The position numbers and the translations under genes were made by a program. From positions 40,114,001-40,178,000 of the forward strand of contig NC_135808.1 in NCBI RefSeq assembly GCF_964213995.1: DNA of 64,000 nt. Reading direction: 5' to 3'. Source of the DNA: Mustelus asterias. Lineage: Eukaryota. Under the pieces are notes generated by a model. It did not search any database. It was not told the DNA's origin and saw only the letters and a program-made list of their open reading frames with translations. Positions within the stretch are counted from its first letter, which is position 1. Each line of letters begins with the position of its first letter. Shown here in pieces: positions 26,016 to 39,810 of this stretch.

Positions 26016-26324
26016 ATTATATGTTATTCTGTTGTACTGTGCCAAAAAAATGAGAGTTGTGCGGTATTTACCTATTTTTAATGTGCTGTAATCCTTACTT
26101 TTACACTGAGAGAGTACATTTTTTGTACCCTTCACTTTTTCTATCGATGAGTAATGCTACAGCAGGGTGGCTAGTAGGTGGTTTGGTACAGAGGTGGTTG
26201 GTCTGGCCTGACAAGCCCTCATTGTGGGTGAGGAAAATCCCCATTAGAACTATTACTGTCACATTTTCTTTTGCACTTTTGTTATTTTAGAATTATGGAA
26301 TCATTGCTGGTCTCCAATGAAGGT

Positions 26325-26440
26325 CATGATGTGGAGATGCCGGCGTTGGACTGGGGTAAACACAGTAAGAAGACTAACAACACCAGGTTAAAGTCCAACA
26401 GGTTTATTTGGTAGCAAAAGCCACTCGCAAAAGTAACTGT
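26325..26440 (-). mobile_element. Short Penelope pLTR-only insertion
   Basis: ATGTGGAGATGCCGGCGTTGGACTGGGG... pLTR terminus; 12-bp TSD TCCAATGAAGGT at 26313-26324 and 26441-26452. Confidence 0.85.
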
Positions 26441-28745
26441 TCCAATGAAGGTACAGACAAGTCATGTATCCTGGACAAGACTGGGTTATTTTCTTTCTGT
26501 CATTGGAGTATCTAGAAATGGGGGTACTTTGCTTTGTTCAATGTATAAATAGTGATGTGAGTATCCTTAGCCTGTTGGCCCCTATTCTAATGCATTGCTG
26601 ACCCTAATTTAGTTTGGTTGAGTAAGTTGGGGCAGTAGTAATTGAGCTTATCTGGATCAGGTGGAGGAGTACGTGACCCTCCCATGAGATGTCCCCTTTC
26701 GGGTGCTTCTGGACTACACTCCTTCTGACGATTTGGGCTCCCCTGGGGTGGGGGGGCCGGGGTGGGGTGGTGGTAGTGATGCAATATCCTGTTTCTGATG
26801 AGATTATGCTGTTCGGTTCCTGGTATGCGTTTTGCAATAATGTACACCGTTCAACCATGTCTGGCATCTATTAACTAAGTGCTGTTACATGAGGTGCTAT
26901 TACTGGCTCTGATTTGTTACAGTGATTTGGCTGGGCATGGGTGAAGTCTGTTGTGTTGCAATCTTGGCATGGTGTAAGAATCATTGGCATCTGAACCATT
27001 AGTCTGAGTATTTGCTGGTCTTTTCTGTATGTAAAAGTGGAATAATGATCACTTTATCATGTACTAGGTTTTGGGAATTTCTAAGAGTTCGTGTTAGAGT
27101 TTGTGTTGTTTATAAAAAATGTTAAGATCCTCAATAAAAATATGTTAAAAAACATGGGCAAGGAAACCTCCTACTGATGACCACCCCTCTTTAGCTAATA
27201 AATCAGTTCTCCTTCACTTGGAGGAAGCACTGAGAGTGGCAAGGGGACATAATGTACTCTGGGTGGGTGACTTTAATATGCATCACCAAGAGTGGCTTGG
27301 TAGTACCACCACAGACTGAGCAGGGTGCTAAAGGGCATAACTGATAGACTGGGTCTGCAGCTGGCGATGATGGAACCAACAAAAGGGAAAAACATACTTG
27401 ACCTCAGCCTTGCCAACCTGCCTGCTACAGATGTATGGGTAGGAGTTAAGATCATTCAGTCCCTGTGGAGAAGAAGTCCTGGCTTCACATTGAGTATACT
27501 CTCCATTGGGCTGTGTGGCGCTATCACTAAAAGGGATAAACTTTGAACAGCTCAAAACTGGACATCCGTGAAGTGTTGTGGGCCATCAGCAACTGTACTC
27601 AACCATAATCCATAATCATGGCCCGGCGTATTCCCCGCTCTACCATTACAACCAAGGCAGGGGATCAATTCTGGTCAATGAAGAGTGCAGGAGAGCATTC
27701 CAGGAGCAGCACCAGGCATACCTAAAAATGAGATGCCAACCTGGCGCATCCACAGCTACTTGCATGCCAAACAGCATAAGCAGCAAGTAGTAGACAGATC
27801 CAAGAGATCCCACAATCAATGGATCAGATCTAAGCTCTGCAATCCTGCCACATCCAGTCGCGAATGGTGATGGACAATTAAACAACTCACTGGAGGCTCC
27901 ACAAATATCCTCATCCTCAATGATGAGGAGCACAGCACTTCAGTGCAAAAGATAAGGCTGGAGCATTCGCAATAATCTTCAGCCAGAAGTGCCGAGTGGA
28001 TGATCCATCCCGGCCTTCTGCAGAGGTCTCCAGCATCACAGATATCAGCCTTCAGACAATTCGATTCACTCCACATGATGACAAACAAACCCTAAAGGCA
28101 TTTGATGCTGTAAAAGCTATGGGCCCGGACAACATTCCGGCAATATTATTGAAGACCTGTGCTCCAGAACTTGCCACACCCAAATCTAAGCTGTTCAAAA
28201 TCAGCTTCAGCATTACCCAGCAATGTGGAAAATTGCCCAGCTATGTCCTGTGCACAAGAAACAAGAGAAATCCAACAAAGCAATTATCACCCCATCAGTC
28301 GACTCCTGATCTTCAGTAAAGTAACGGAAGGGGTCATCAACCGTGCTGTCAAGTGGTATTTACTTCCACCAGGGTTACTCAGCTCCTGATCTTATTACAG
28401 CCTTGGTTCAAATATGGACAAAAGAGCTGAACTCCAGAGGTAATATGAGAGTGACTGCCCTTGACATCAAACGACTGAGTATGGCATCAAGGAGCGCTGG
28501 CAAAACTGCAGTCAATGGGAATCGGGGGAAAATCTTCCACTGGTTGGAGTCATATCTGGCACAAAGGAAGATGGTTATGGTGGTTGCAAGTCAATCATCT
28601 CGGTGCCAAAACATCACAGGGTATTGTCCTCAGCCTAACCATCTTCAGCTGCTTCATCAATGACTTTCCTTCCTCCAAAAAGTCAGAAGTGGGAATGTTT
28701 GCTGATGACTGCTCAATGTTCAGTACGATTCATGACTCCTCAGTT

Positions 28746-29348
28746 TGTGATGATACTGTGTCTTTTATATCATGCTTCTTGTAAGGGGTATGTTTAAAAT
28801 CAGCTATATTTTACATAGCACTGATTTGTTTGGGCAACAGGCAGCTCCATTGAGAATGCAGGATAATGACTGATTTTAGCTGACTGTGTTCATCTAAAAG
28901 GAGTTAATGCATTGGCATTTGCTTAGGTTTCCTTTGGGGTTTCAGAGTAGGGTGTTGTTTAGGTTGGCTGACAGAGTCATGTGTTAATGGGGAGAGCTAA
29001 GCTTGCAGGTGAGACGGTGTTTTAAACAGTCAGTTTCTACCTGGTTCTGAAAGAAACAAGAAGTGTCTTTCTATATCTCTCTCTGTCTCTGGAGATTTGC
29101 TGTTTGAGGTTGTCAGAAGACCGATGTCTCTATGTCTCTCTCTCTTCCCCGTCCCCCCCGAATTAATTTGTTATAGTTAAACTGTGTCGTTAAGTAAAGT
29201 TTGTTTTGAAAAATGCTTGCCAGTTTGTCAGTAGAATCACACCTGGAGTGAAACATCATATCACCACACTAATGTCAAAACAGCCAATAGTTGGGGTCCA
29301 GACTAACTTCATAATATATCTTGGGGTTTCTGATCTCATACCCTGACA
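28746..29348 (+). mobile_element. Probable solo LTR
   Basis: TGTGA...TGACA termini; interrupts a LINE coding remnant; imperfect 4-bp TSD (AGTT/AGGT). Confidence 0.5.
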
Positions 29349-29530
29349 AGGTGCTGAAGCAGTTCATGTCCAAATGCAGCAAGATCTAGGCAATATCCCG
29401 GCTTCAGCTGACGAATGACAAATAACATTTGTGTCACGTAAGGGCCAGATAATGACCATCCTCAACAAGAGGGAATCTAACCATCACCCCTTGACAATGA
29501 ATGACATTACCATCACAAATACCACATCAT

Positions 29531-30680
29531 CAGAATGGTTGACGAGGGAAGGGCCGTGGATGTCGTCTATATGGACTTTAGTAAAGCGTTTGACAATGTC
29601 CCTCATGGTAGGTTGGTGCAAAAGGTTGGATCTCATGGGATAAAGGGGGAGGTGGCTAGATGGGTGGAGAACTGGCTTTCCAGCTGGATGCCTGTGACTA
29701 GTGGTGTTCCGCAGGGCCCTGTATTGGGACCTCTGCTGTTTGTGATTTATATAAACGATCTGGAAGAAGGTGTAACTGGGGTGATCAGTAAGTTTGCGGA
29801 CGACACAAAAATGGCTGGACTTGCAGATAGTGAGGAACATTGTCAGAGGCTACAGAAGGATATAGATAGGCTGGAAATTTGGGCTAAGAAATGGCAGATG
29901 GAGTTCAATCCAGATAAATGCGAAGTGATGCATTTTGGTAGAACTAACGTAGGGGGGAGCTATACGATAAATGGCAGAACGCAGAGGGACCTGGGTGTGC
30001 AAGTCCACAGATCCTTGAAGGTGACGTCACAGGTGGAGAAGGTAGTGAATAAGACATATGGCATGCTTGCCTTTATAGGACGGGGCATAGAGTATAAAAG
30101 TTGGGGTCTGATGTTGTAGTTGTATAGAACGTTGGTTCGGCCGCATTTGGAATACTGCACCCAGTTCTGGTCGCCACACTACCAGAAGGACGTGGAGGCT
30201 TTAGAGAGAGTGCAGAGGAGGTTTACCAGGATGTTGCCTGGTATGGAAGGGCTTAGTTATGAGGAGATTGGGTAAACTGGGGTTGTTCTCACTGGAAAGA
30301 CCAAGGATGAGGGGTGGCCTGATAGAGGTGTATAAAATTATGAAAGGCATAGATAGGGTGAACAGTGGGAAGCTTTTTCCCAGGTCGGTGGTGACCTTCA
30401 CGAGGGGTCATAGGTTCAAGGTGAGGGGGGGGGGGGGGGGGGGAGGTTTAACACGTATATCAGAAGGACGTATTTTACACAGAGGGTGGTGGGGGCCTGG
30501 AATGCGCTGCCAGGCAAGGTGGTGGAGGTGGACACACTGGGAACGTTTAAGACTTACCTAGATAGCCACATGAAAGGAGTGGGAATGGAGGGATACAAAA
30601 GAATGGTCTAGTTTGGAGCAGGGAGCGGCACGGGCTTGGAGGGCTGAAGGGCCTGTTCCTGTGCTGTATTGTTCTTTGTA
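29531..30680 (+). mobile_element. CR1-type LINE 3' half
   Basis: ORF 29535-30119 with MDFSKAFD, GVPQG, KFADD; CR1 tail. Confidence 0.95.
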
Positions 30681-31119
30681 TCGAGGACAAAGCAGCCACT
30701 TGATTGCTATTCCTTCCATAAACCTTCCTTCCGTCCATCACCAATGAACAGTAGCAGCTGTGTGTACTGTCTACAAGATGAACTGCAGGAATTCATCAAG
30801 ATTCCTCAGGGAACACCTTCCAAACCCATGACCACTACATCCAGAATGGCAAGGGCAGCAGATACCTGGGAACAACTACCTGGAGGTTCCGCTCCAAGTT
30901 ACTCACCATCCTAACTTGGAAACACATTGCGTTTCTTCACTATCACTGGGTTAAATCCTGGAACTCCCACCCGAACACTACTGTGGGTGTACCTATACTT
31001 CCAGGACTACTGCAGCTCAAGGCGGCAGTCCACTACCACCTACTCAAGAGTAACTCGGGATGGGCAATAAATGCTTGCGCAGCCAGTGATGCCCACATTC
31101 CATAAAGTTAAGAAAAAAA

Positions 31120-31310
31120 TTTATTGAACCCATAGAAAGATCTATTATGTAATACAGAACCCACAAAGATTTATTTCTGTAATACTGAGCTCATGGATGG
31201 ATCTATTGTAATTATGTTGCTGCAGTGCATTTTATTCCTGTAATACTGAGCCCAGAAATGTGTCTAATATTGTAATATATGACAATACTGAACCCATTGA
31301 GAAATCCACT
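31120..31310. repeat. Degenerate ~31-bp minisatellite just upstream of the alpha2 exon
   Basis: Repeated GTAATACTGA(A/G)CCCA...ATCTATT units. Confidence 0.7.
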
Positions 31311-31371
31311 AATGAAATAAGGACTCTTTTCCATGAACAGTCTAATCTTTTTCTCTGTTGATCAATGACAG

Positions 31372-31647
31372 GAGTACACATTCTGCAATGGATAAGGAAC
31401 ATTGAGGTCAGTGAAGATGGCTCCATTAAGAGATCGATGAGTGTTGGATTTGATGGAAAGGACTATATTAGTTTAGAATCAGAGAGAATGAGGTGGGTCG
31501 CAACACATCACAATGCAGTGAAGACTAAGGAGAAATGGGATTCTGATGAATCCTGGAACACGTTTTGGAAATGGTTGATGGAAGTAGAACTTGTTGAACG
31601 TTTAAAATCACGTCTATATTTTGGCAAAAAATATCTCAACAGGAAAG
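31372..31647 (+). CDS. MHC class I-like exon 3 (alpha2 domain, no cysteines)
   Basis: 276 nt, GVHILQ...GFDGKDYISL....RWVA....AVKTKEKWD...; AG/GT boundaries, phase 1-1. Confidence 0.95.
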
Positions 31648-31832
31648 GTATTTATTTCAGTTTTAATCCCACATTCTGATCTAACTTCACTGATCAATGA
31701 AACCATTCTATTTTAGTTCATTTACTAATGTCAGAAGTAGTCTTATATTAACACTTCAGTGAAGTTACTGTGAAAATCCCATTCCATTGAGTATCTATTG
31801 TATTGTTTGTGCTTTCACCCTTTCCATTACAG

Positions 31833-32111
31833 TTCAGCCTGATGTCTTCATCTCCAGAAGTGCGCCCATTGGTCTATATAAGCTGTTCACTCTCTCCTGC
31901 CTGGTTACTGGGTTTTATCCTGCAGACATCGAGGTTACTTGGCTAAGGAATGGAGAGGTAATGTCTGAGACACTATCCTCAGGGGTTCGACCGAACCACG
32001 ATGAGACCCATCAGATCCAGAAAGTGATTGAAATTAATGCTGGGGATGAGGATCAATATTCCTGTCAAATTGAACACAGCAGCCTGGCAGAGTCCAAGAT
32101 CCATCAGTGGG
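31833..32111 (+). CDS. MHC class I-like exon 4 (alpha3 C1-set Ig domain)
   Basis: 279 nt, LSCLVTGFYP.DIEVTWLRNG...RPNHD.T.Q...YSCQIEHSSL...W; AG/GT, phase 1-1. Confidence 0.97.
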
Positions 32112-32837
32112 GTAAGCAATGGTACTGGATGTGTCTGTGCATGTGATGGACAAAGAGAGTGTGAAAGAACATGTAATGACAGAGGGGAGACAACGAAACC
32201 CCAAGGCTGTGTATTTTGCACAGTCCAATTTTGAATTGGAGACCAATTTTGAATAGGTTTATAGTGTTATATAGCTGGTCAAGTAAATTTATCAAACAAG
32301 TGGTTAACTTCACACAGTTCTTTCAGCCACATCAAAGTGCAATGTTTTTCAATCCCATTGCCCCAAATCTTCAATTTGGGAAATGGGATTCTTAATACCA
32401 TGCTGACAAATGCACATTTAATATTACAATGGCTTCAATCCTTCATAAAAGCATGCCTGCTTTTATGAAGGATTGAGGTCATTGTCATATTAGCCTGCTA
32501 GGGGACCCAGCAGTTAGAGGACAGGGTATTTTTGATTGGCATCTCTCGCGGTTAATGAGTGTTCTTTCTCTATTTTCAAGCTCAGAGCCTAAAAATCCTA
32601 TTATATTAATGAATTGGTAACAAATAGTTAACAAATCAAATAAATAACTAAGGTTTGAGAGAAATAGCAGTGTGTGCCTTGACTGCAAAACATGGGACTT
32701 AGTGGGTGAAGGGAAAATTTGAAAGCAAAAGAGAGGAGTTGAGGCAATACAGCAGTGTAGCAATTTGGCTAAAGACAAGCAGGGTTGGACAGAAAGTGAC
32801 ATGCAACAGTGTATAGGCTTCATGTGTAGAATAGTAT

Positions 32838-33861
32838 ATGATGTGGAGATGCCGGTGTTGGACTGGGGTAAACACAGTAAGAAGTTTAACAACACCAGGT
32901 TAAAGTCCAACAGGTTTATTTGGTAGCAAAAGCCACACAAGCTTTCGGAGCTCTAATTACGGCATCTCCTCCGGAGCCTTCAACATGTCATTGATGAAGA
33001 CGAACATCTCGCCAAGGCCATCCCCACACCCCCCACTTCTTGCCTTCAAACAACCGCACAACCTCAAACAGACCATTGTCCGCAGCAAACTACCCAGCCT
33101 TCAGGAGAACAGTGACCATGACACCACACAACCCTGCCACAGCAACCCCTGCAAGACGTGCCGGATCATCGACACAGATGCCATCATCTCACGTGAGAAC
33201 ACCATCCACCAGGTACACGGTACATACTCTTGCAATTCGGCCAACGTTGTCTACCTGATACGCTGCAAGAAAGGATGTCCCGAGGCATGGTACATTGGGG
33301 AAACTATGCAGATGCTGCGACAACGGATGAATGAACACCGCTCAACAATCACCAGGCAAGACTGTTCTCTTCCTGTTGGGGAGCACTTCAGCGGTCACGG
33401 GCATTCGGCCTCTGATATTCGGGTAAGCGTTCTCCAAGGCGGCCTTCGCGACACACGACAGCACAGAGTCGCTGAGCAGAAACTGATAGCCAAGTTCCGC
33501 ACACACGAGGACGGCCTCAACCGGGATATTGGGTTCATGTCACGCTATTTGTAACCCCCACAGTTGACTGGACCTGCAGAGTTTCACTGGCTGTCTTGTC
33601 TGGAGACAATACACATCTTTTTAGCCTGTCTTGATGCTCTCTCCACTTACATTGTTTTGTTTCTTAAAGACTTGATTAGTTGGAAGTATTCGCATTCCAA
33701 CCATTATTCATGTAAATTGAGTTTGTGTCTTTATATGCTCTGTTTGTGAACAGAATTCCCACTCACCTGAAGAAGGGGCTTAGAGCTCCGAAAGCTTGTG
33801 TGGCTTTTGCTACCAAATAAACCTGTTGGACTTTAACCTGGTGTTGTTAAACTTCTTACTC
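32838..33861 (+). mobile_element. Penelope-like element (GIY-YIG endonuclease + pLTR, short inverted pLTR)
   Basis: ORF 32985-33554 with CKTC, NVVYLIRC...WYIGET...RMNEHR...GLN; 9-bp TSD GAATAGTAT at 32829-32837 and 33862-33870. Confidence 0.92.
33764..33800 (+). ncRNA. Minimal hammerhead ribozyme motif in Penelope pLTR
   Basis: cac-CTGAAGA-a-GGGGC-ttaga-GCTCC-GAAA-GCTT-gtg. Confidence 0.75.
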
Positions 33862-34609
33862 GAATAGTATGCACAAAACCTTCATAAAAGGATTGAGGAA
33901 CTAGCGAAACAAATCGAGATAAATGGATTTGATATAATCACAATTATTAAAACATGGTTATCAGATGATCAATATCAGGAAATAAATATTGCATGGTACA
34001 CCATATTTTGAAAAACAGGCAGAATGGAAAAGGAGAAGGAGTAGCCCATATAGTAAAGAATAACAGAGACATGTGAAAGAAAGAAAGAAAGAATCTTGGC
34101 TCAGAATTGGAAGTCGTATGGGGGGAGATTAGGAATAGCAAGAATCAGGGAAGAGCCAATTGGAGATGTTTCTGGGCCCCAAACAAAATTTATATAGTTG
34201 GGCAGATCATTATGATAAAATTTGTAGTCCTGTAACTAAAGCAATGTACTAATCATGGAGGACTTCAATCTTCATATGGACTGAACAAAAGGTCGGAACA
34301 AAGTTGATAGAAAAGTTTTGTGGTGAATTCACATGATTGAGACAAACTCAGGACAGCTTTTTTCAGTTCTCTGGTCAACTATGTCAGTAAACACAGTCGA
34401 TGATTTAGTTTCACACAGATTGTATTTAAACGCCAAAATCTGGATGAAAGAATACAGGAATGGTTTTCCTTCCGGCTTTGGTCTTTTGGTCTTTGAGCAT
34501 CCCTCTGTTTTTTTTCCTCATTTTATTTTGTTTTTGTCTCTGGACAGTCATTCTCAATAGGATGTGAAAAACAAAGTGATGGCTGTGATCCAATTAAACT
34601 CTTCCTATC

Positions 34610-36680
34610 AGAACCCGCTACACAAACCCCATCATAACTCCTTACATAACCCCCATTATCACCCCTTACACTACCCTGTCTAACCCTGTTAGAATTTTAA
34701 AAGTTTCTTTGAGATCCCCTCTCAATCTTCTAAATTCCAGTGATCATAATCCTAACCGATTTTGTGTCTCCTCATATGACATCCTAGGAATCAGCCTGGT
34801 AAACCTTCGCTATTCCCTCTGTATAGCAAGGACATCCTTCCTCAGATAACGATTTCAAATTTGCATACAATACTCCAGATGTGGCCTCATCGATGTCCTA
34901 TACAATTGCAGCAAAACATCTCTATTCCTATACTGAAATCCTCTCCCCAATAAGGCCAACATACCATTTGCCCTCTTTACTGCCTGCTGTACCTGCACGC
35001 TTTCTTTCAGTGACTGACGCATGAGGACACCAAGGTCTCACCGAGTATCCACCTCTCAATTTACACACTTTAAAGTAAACATCTGTCTTCCTATTATTGG
35101 CAATCCCATCAATTTCCCCCAAACCATTTCTCTCCTAATGCTGAATTCCATCAGCTCCTCACTAAAACTTGTTTTTCTCAGAAGTTCTGGTACATTATTC
35201 ATGTCTTCTTTTGTGAAGACAGAAGCAAATTCCAAATTTAGTTCCTCAGCCATTTCTTTGTTCCCCATTATCAATTCTCCCATTTCTGACTGTAAGGGGC
35301 CGACATTTGTTTTTGTCAATCTTTTCTCTGTACATATCTATAGAAACTTTTGCAATCAGTTTTCATGTTCGCCGCTATCTTACTTTCATATTCTATTTTA
35401 CCCTTCTTAATTATGACTCCCATCATCGCCCGCTACACAACCGCATAATAATTTCCTACACTATCTGCATCATCACTCCCTAACCCCATCATCACCCTCT
35501 ACACTCCCCCACCATCACACCAAGTCAACCCCCATCATCACCCCCTAAACTACACCCATCATTGCACCATAAACCACTCCTACTATCATACCCTGCACTC
35601 TACGCCATCATTACCCCATCATCACCCCATCCATCATCACCTACACTACTCCCATGATCACAATCTACATCACCCCCTACACTAAGCCCATCATCACCCA
35701 CTTCATCACCCACGACACAACTCACATCATCACCCTCTACACTAACCCCATCTTACCCTCCATACTAAACCCATCATTTCCCATGACATTACCCCCATCA
35801 TCACCGCTGGGCGGCACGGTAGCACAGTGGTTAGCACTGCTGCTTACAGCTCCAGGGACCTGTGTTTGATTCCCGGCTTGGGTCACTGTCTGTGTGGAGT
35901 TTGCACATTCTCCTCATGTCTGCGCGGGTTTCCTCCGGGTGCTCCGGTTTCCTCCCACAGTCCAAAGATGTGCGGGTTAGGTTGATTGGCCATGCTAAAA
36001 TTGCCCCTTAGTGTCCTGAGATGCTTAGGTTAGAGGGATTAGTGGGTAAATATGTAGGGATATGGGGGTAGGGCCTGGGTGGGATTGTGGTGCAGACTCG
36101 ATGGGCCGAATGGCCTCTTTCTGTACTGTAGGGTTTCTATGATTTCTATGATGATTTCTATGAACCACCCCATCGTCACCCACTGTACAAACACCATCTA
36201 CCCCATCAACACCATCTATGCTACCCCCATTGTCACCATCTACACAGCCCATGTCGTCATCCTACACTACCCTCATCATCACCCCCTACATTACCCACAT
36301 TCTCACCCCCTAAACTGCCCGAATCGTCCCCCCCTGTACTACTCCCATCATCGCACCCTATACTTCCCCATCGTTATCCAACACATTATGCTCATCATCA
36401 AACCTACACGACCCTGATCTAATCCCCAACACTACCCCCATCATCTCCCCCTAAACGACTGTTATCGTCACCCTCTACACAACCCCCATCATCTCCCCCT
36501 ACACTTCCTCATCAGCAGCAGCTACATTACCACCATTACCCTCCACACAAGCCCCATCCTCACCCTCTACACAACCCCCATCCTCACCCTCCACACAACC
36601 CCCATCCTCACCCTCCGCCACACTCGGCACTGGCCCCATCCTCGCCCTCGGCACTGGCCCCATCCTCGCCCTCGGCACAG
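34610..36680. repeat. Degenerate C/A-rich ~24-bp minisatellite (CCCCATCATCACCCTCTACACAA-like) with nested CR1 fragments (34690-35410) and a SINE
   Basis: Directly visible repeats. Confidence 0.8.
35808..36162 (+). mobile_element. HE1-type SINE
   Basis: Full head, core and CTATGATT tail. Confidence 0.92.
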
Positions 36681-36764
36681 ACTCTAACGCCAACAATTGG
36701 CATACCAGTCACTGACACTTATAAGATCTCTGTCTAATTACACTGTTTCATGGTACCCTCTGTT

Positions 36765-39700
36765 AACAGTTCACTCCCCCAGCTTTGATTATGCAGCAGT
36801 ACAGCACTGTCTCAGCATTGACCATTTGACAGTGCAGCTCCCCCTCAGCATTGACTCTGCGAAGGTTCAACACTGCATCATCATGGTTTTTCGGCACTGC
36901 AGCACTCACGCAGCACTGACCCTTTGGCATTGCAGCACTGACCGTCCGGCCACCCCTGACACGAGGCCCAACGTCACCTGTGCCACAGACTCTACCGCCA
37001 ACAACCGGCATACCAGATGTTCACACTTACAAAATCTCTGTCTAATTACACTCTTACATGATATCCTCTGTTAACAGTTCACTCCCTCAGCTTTGACTCT
37101 GCAGCAGTACCGCACTGCCCCAGCATTGACCATCCGGCAGTGCAACATTCTGTCCGAATTGACCCTTTAACAGTGCAACAATCCCTCAGAATTGTGCAAC
37201 GGTTCAACACTGCATCATCATGGTTTCTTTGACAGTGCAGCACTCCCACAGCACTGACCCTTTGACAGTGCAGCACACCCTCAGCATTAATGTTCCCATA
37301 GTGCAGCACACCCTCAGCATTAATGTTCCCATAGTGCAGCTCTCCCTCAGCTTTGACCCTCCCACAGTTCAGCGTACCCTCAGCATTGACTCTCCCACAG
37401 TGCAATATACCCTCAGCATTGACCCTTCGAAGCTGCAGCACTCCATCAGCGTTGATCCCCACATAGTGCAGCACTCCCTCAACTTTGACTCTCCCAGTGC
37501 AGCACTCCCTCAGATTTATCCGCCTACAGTGCAGCACTCCTTCAGCATTGACCCTCCCATAGTGCAGCACTCCCTCAGCATTGACCCTCCCACAATGCAG
37601 CGTACCCTCAGTGTTGACCCTCCAACAGTACAGCACTCCCTCAGCACTGACCCTCCCACAGTGCAGCACGCCATCACAATTGATTTTCCACAGTGGAGAA
37701 CAGCCTTAGCATTGACTCTCCCCGACAGTGCAGCACTCACTCAACATTGACCCGCTGACAATGCAACACCCGCTCAAAATTGTGTCTTCGACATTGTAGC
37801 ATGCCCTCAGCATTGACCCGCGGAGAGTGCATCTTTGACTCTGACAGTGCATTCACCGTCCAACAGTGCAGCCGCTCTCAGCATTGACAGTTTAATATTG
37901 CAGCACTCACTCAGCATTAATTCCCAACTTTGCAGCGCTACCTCAGCATTGCCCTTTTGATGCTCCAACAGTGCAGTACACCCTCAGCACTGACCCTTCA
38001 ATGCTGCAGCACACCCTCAGCATTGACCCTTTGATGCTGCAGCACTCCCTCAGCATTGACCCTCCGAAAGTGTGGTCACTCTCAGCACTGACCCTATGAC
38101 AGTGCAGCACTGACCGTCCGTCAGCAGCAATTCTTCAGAATTGACCTTCCCACAGTGCAGCACTCCCAACGCATTGACCGTCCAACAGTGCAGCACGCCA
38201 TCACAATTGATTTTCCATAGTGGAGAACAGCCTTAGCATTGACTCTCCCCAACAGTGCAGCACTCACTCAACATTGACCCGCTGACAATGCAACACCCGC
38301 TCAAAATTGTGTCTTCGACATTGCAGCATGCCCTCAGCATTGACCCGTGGACAGTGCATCTTTGACTCTGACAGTGCATTGACCTTCCGACAGTGCAGCC
38401 CGCTCTCAGCATTGACCCTCCCACAGTGCAGCACTCCCTCAACATTGATGCTCCCACATTGCAGCACTCCCTCAGCATTGACCCACCGACAGTGCAGCAC
38501 GCCCTCAGCATTCACCTTCTGACAATGCAGCACACCCTTAGCATTGATCATCTAACAGTGCAGCACATCCTCAGCATTGACCCTCTAACAGTGCAGCACT
38601 CCATCAGCATTGATGCTCCCACAGTGTGTGGCACTCCCTCAGCATTGAGTCGTAAAATAGATAGAAAGCTGGTCAGCAGATAGGAAGCAAAGAGTTGGCA
38701 TAAATGGGTCTTTTTCCGCATGGCAGTCAGTGACTAGTGGGGATTCGCAAGGATCTGTGCTAGGGCACGAATTGTTCACATTATATATTAATGATTTGGA
38801 AGAGGGAACTACATGTATTATCTCCAAATTTGCAGATGATACAAAGTTGGGTGGGAGGGTGAACTGTGAGAAGGATGCAGAGATGCTTCAGCGTGATTTG
38901 AACAGGCTGACTGTGTGGGCATAAGCATAGCAGATGCAGTATAATGTGGCAGCAATAATAGGGAGACACATTATTACTTGAATGGGTGTAAATTGAGACA
39001 GGTGGATACTCAGCAAGACCTTGGTGTCCTCATGCATCAGTCGCTGAAAGTAAGCAAGTGGGTACAGTAGGCAGTAAAGAAGGCAAATGGTATGTTGGCC
39101 TTCATAGAGATAGATTTGAGTATGGGGATATTTTGCTGCAATTGTATAGAGTGTTGTTGAGGTCACACCTGGAGTATTGTGTGCCGTTTTGGTGTCCTTA
39201 GAAGGATGTCCTTGCTATAGAGGGAGTACAATGAAGGTTTACCAGGCTGATTCCTGGGCTGTCAGGTCTGTTGTATGAGGAGAGACTAAGTTGGTTAGGA
39301 TTATATTCACTGGAGTTTAGAAGAGTGAGAGGGGATCTTACAGAAACTTATAAAATTCTAACAGGGTTAGACAGGTTAGATTCAGAATGTTCTCAAATGG
39401 GGCAATCCAGAACTAGGGGTCATAGTTTGAGGATAAGGGATAAATCTTTTAGAACTGAGGTGAGGAGAAATTTCTTCACCCAGAGGGTGTTGGATGTGTG
39501 GAATTCCCTACCACAGAATGAGATGAGTTCCAAAAGTTATCTGATTTCAAGAAGAAATCTAGGGGCTAAAGGGATCAAGGGATATGGGAGGAAGAGGGAT
39601 CAGGATATAGAATTTGATGATCAGCCATGATCAAAATGAATGGTGGAGCAGGCTCGAAGGGCCGAATGGCCTACTCCTTGCCTCTCGTTTCTATGTTTCT

Positions 39701-39810
39701 ATTGATGCTCCCACAGTCAGCACTCTCTGTGTTGACCCTGCGACAAGTACAGGACTCCCTCAGTATTGAATCTCTAACAGTGCAGCAGTCCCTCAGCATT
39801 GACTCATGTT
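36765..39810. repeat. ~33-bp minisatellite (CAGTGCAGCACTCCCTCAGCATTGACCCTCCCA) interrupted by a CR1
   Basis: Dozens of tandem degenerate units; internal block duplications (~37650-37880 vs ~38180-38420). Confidence 0.92.
38650..39700 (+). mobile_element. Degenerate CR1 3' fragment
   Basis: SG..QGSVLG, KFADD, RRNFFTQRV. Confidence 0.9.

Larger units (their letters stand above)
27150..31115 (+). mobile_element. Old CR1/L2-clade LINE (EN-RT remnants) with nested insertions
   Basis: KAMGPDNIP, NYHPIS.L, ALDIK, MFADD remnants; interrupted at ~28746 and ~29531. Confidence 0.75.

Noticed and set aside
36765-38650. 33-bp repeat array as a CRISPR array, or the 196-aa/176-aa repetitive ORFs as proteins
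   Set aside because: Eukaryotic context; units are contiguous with no unique spacers; ORFs on both strands simply reflect an 11-codon period
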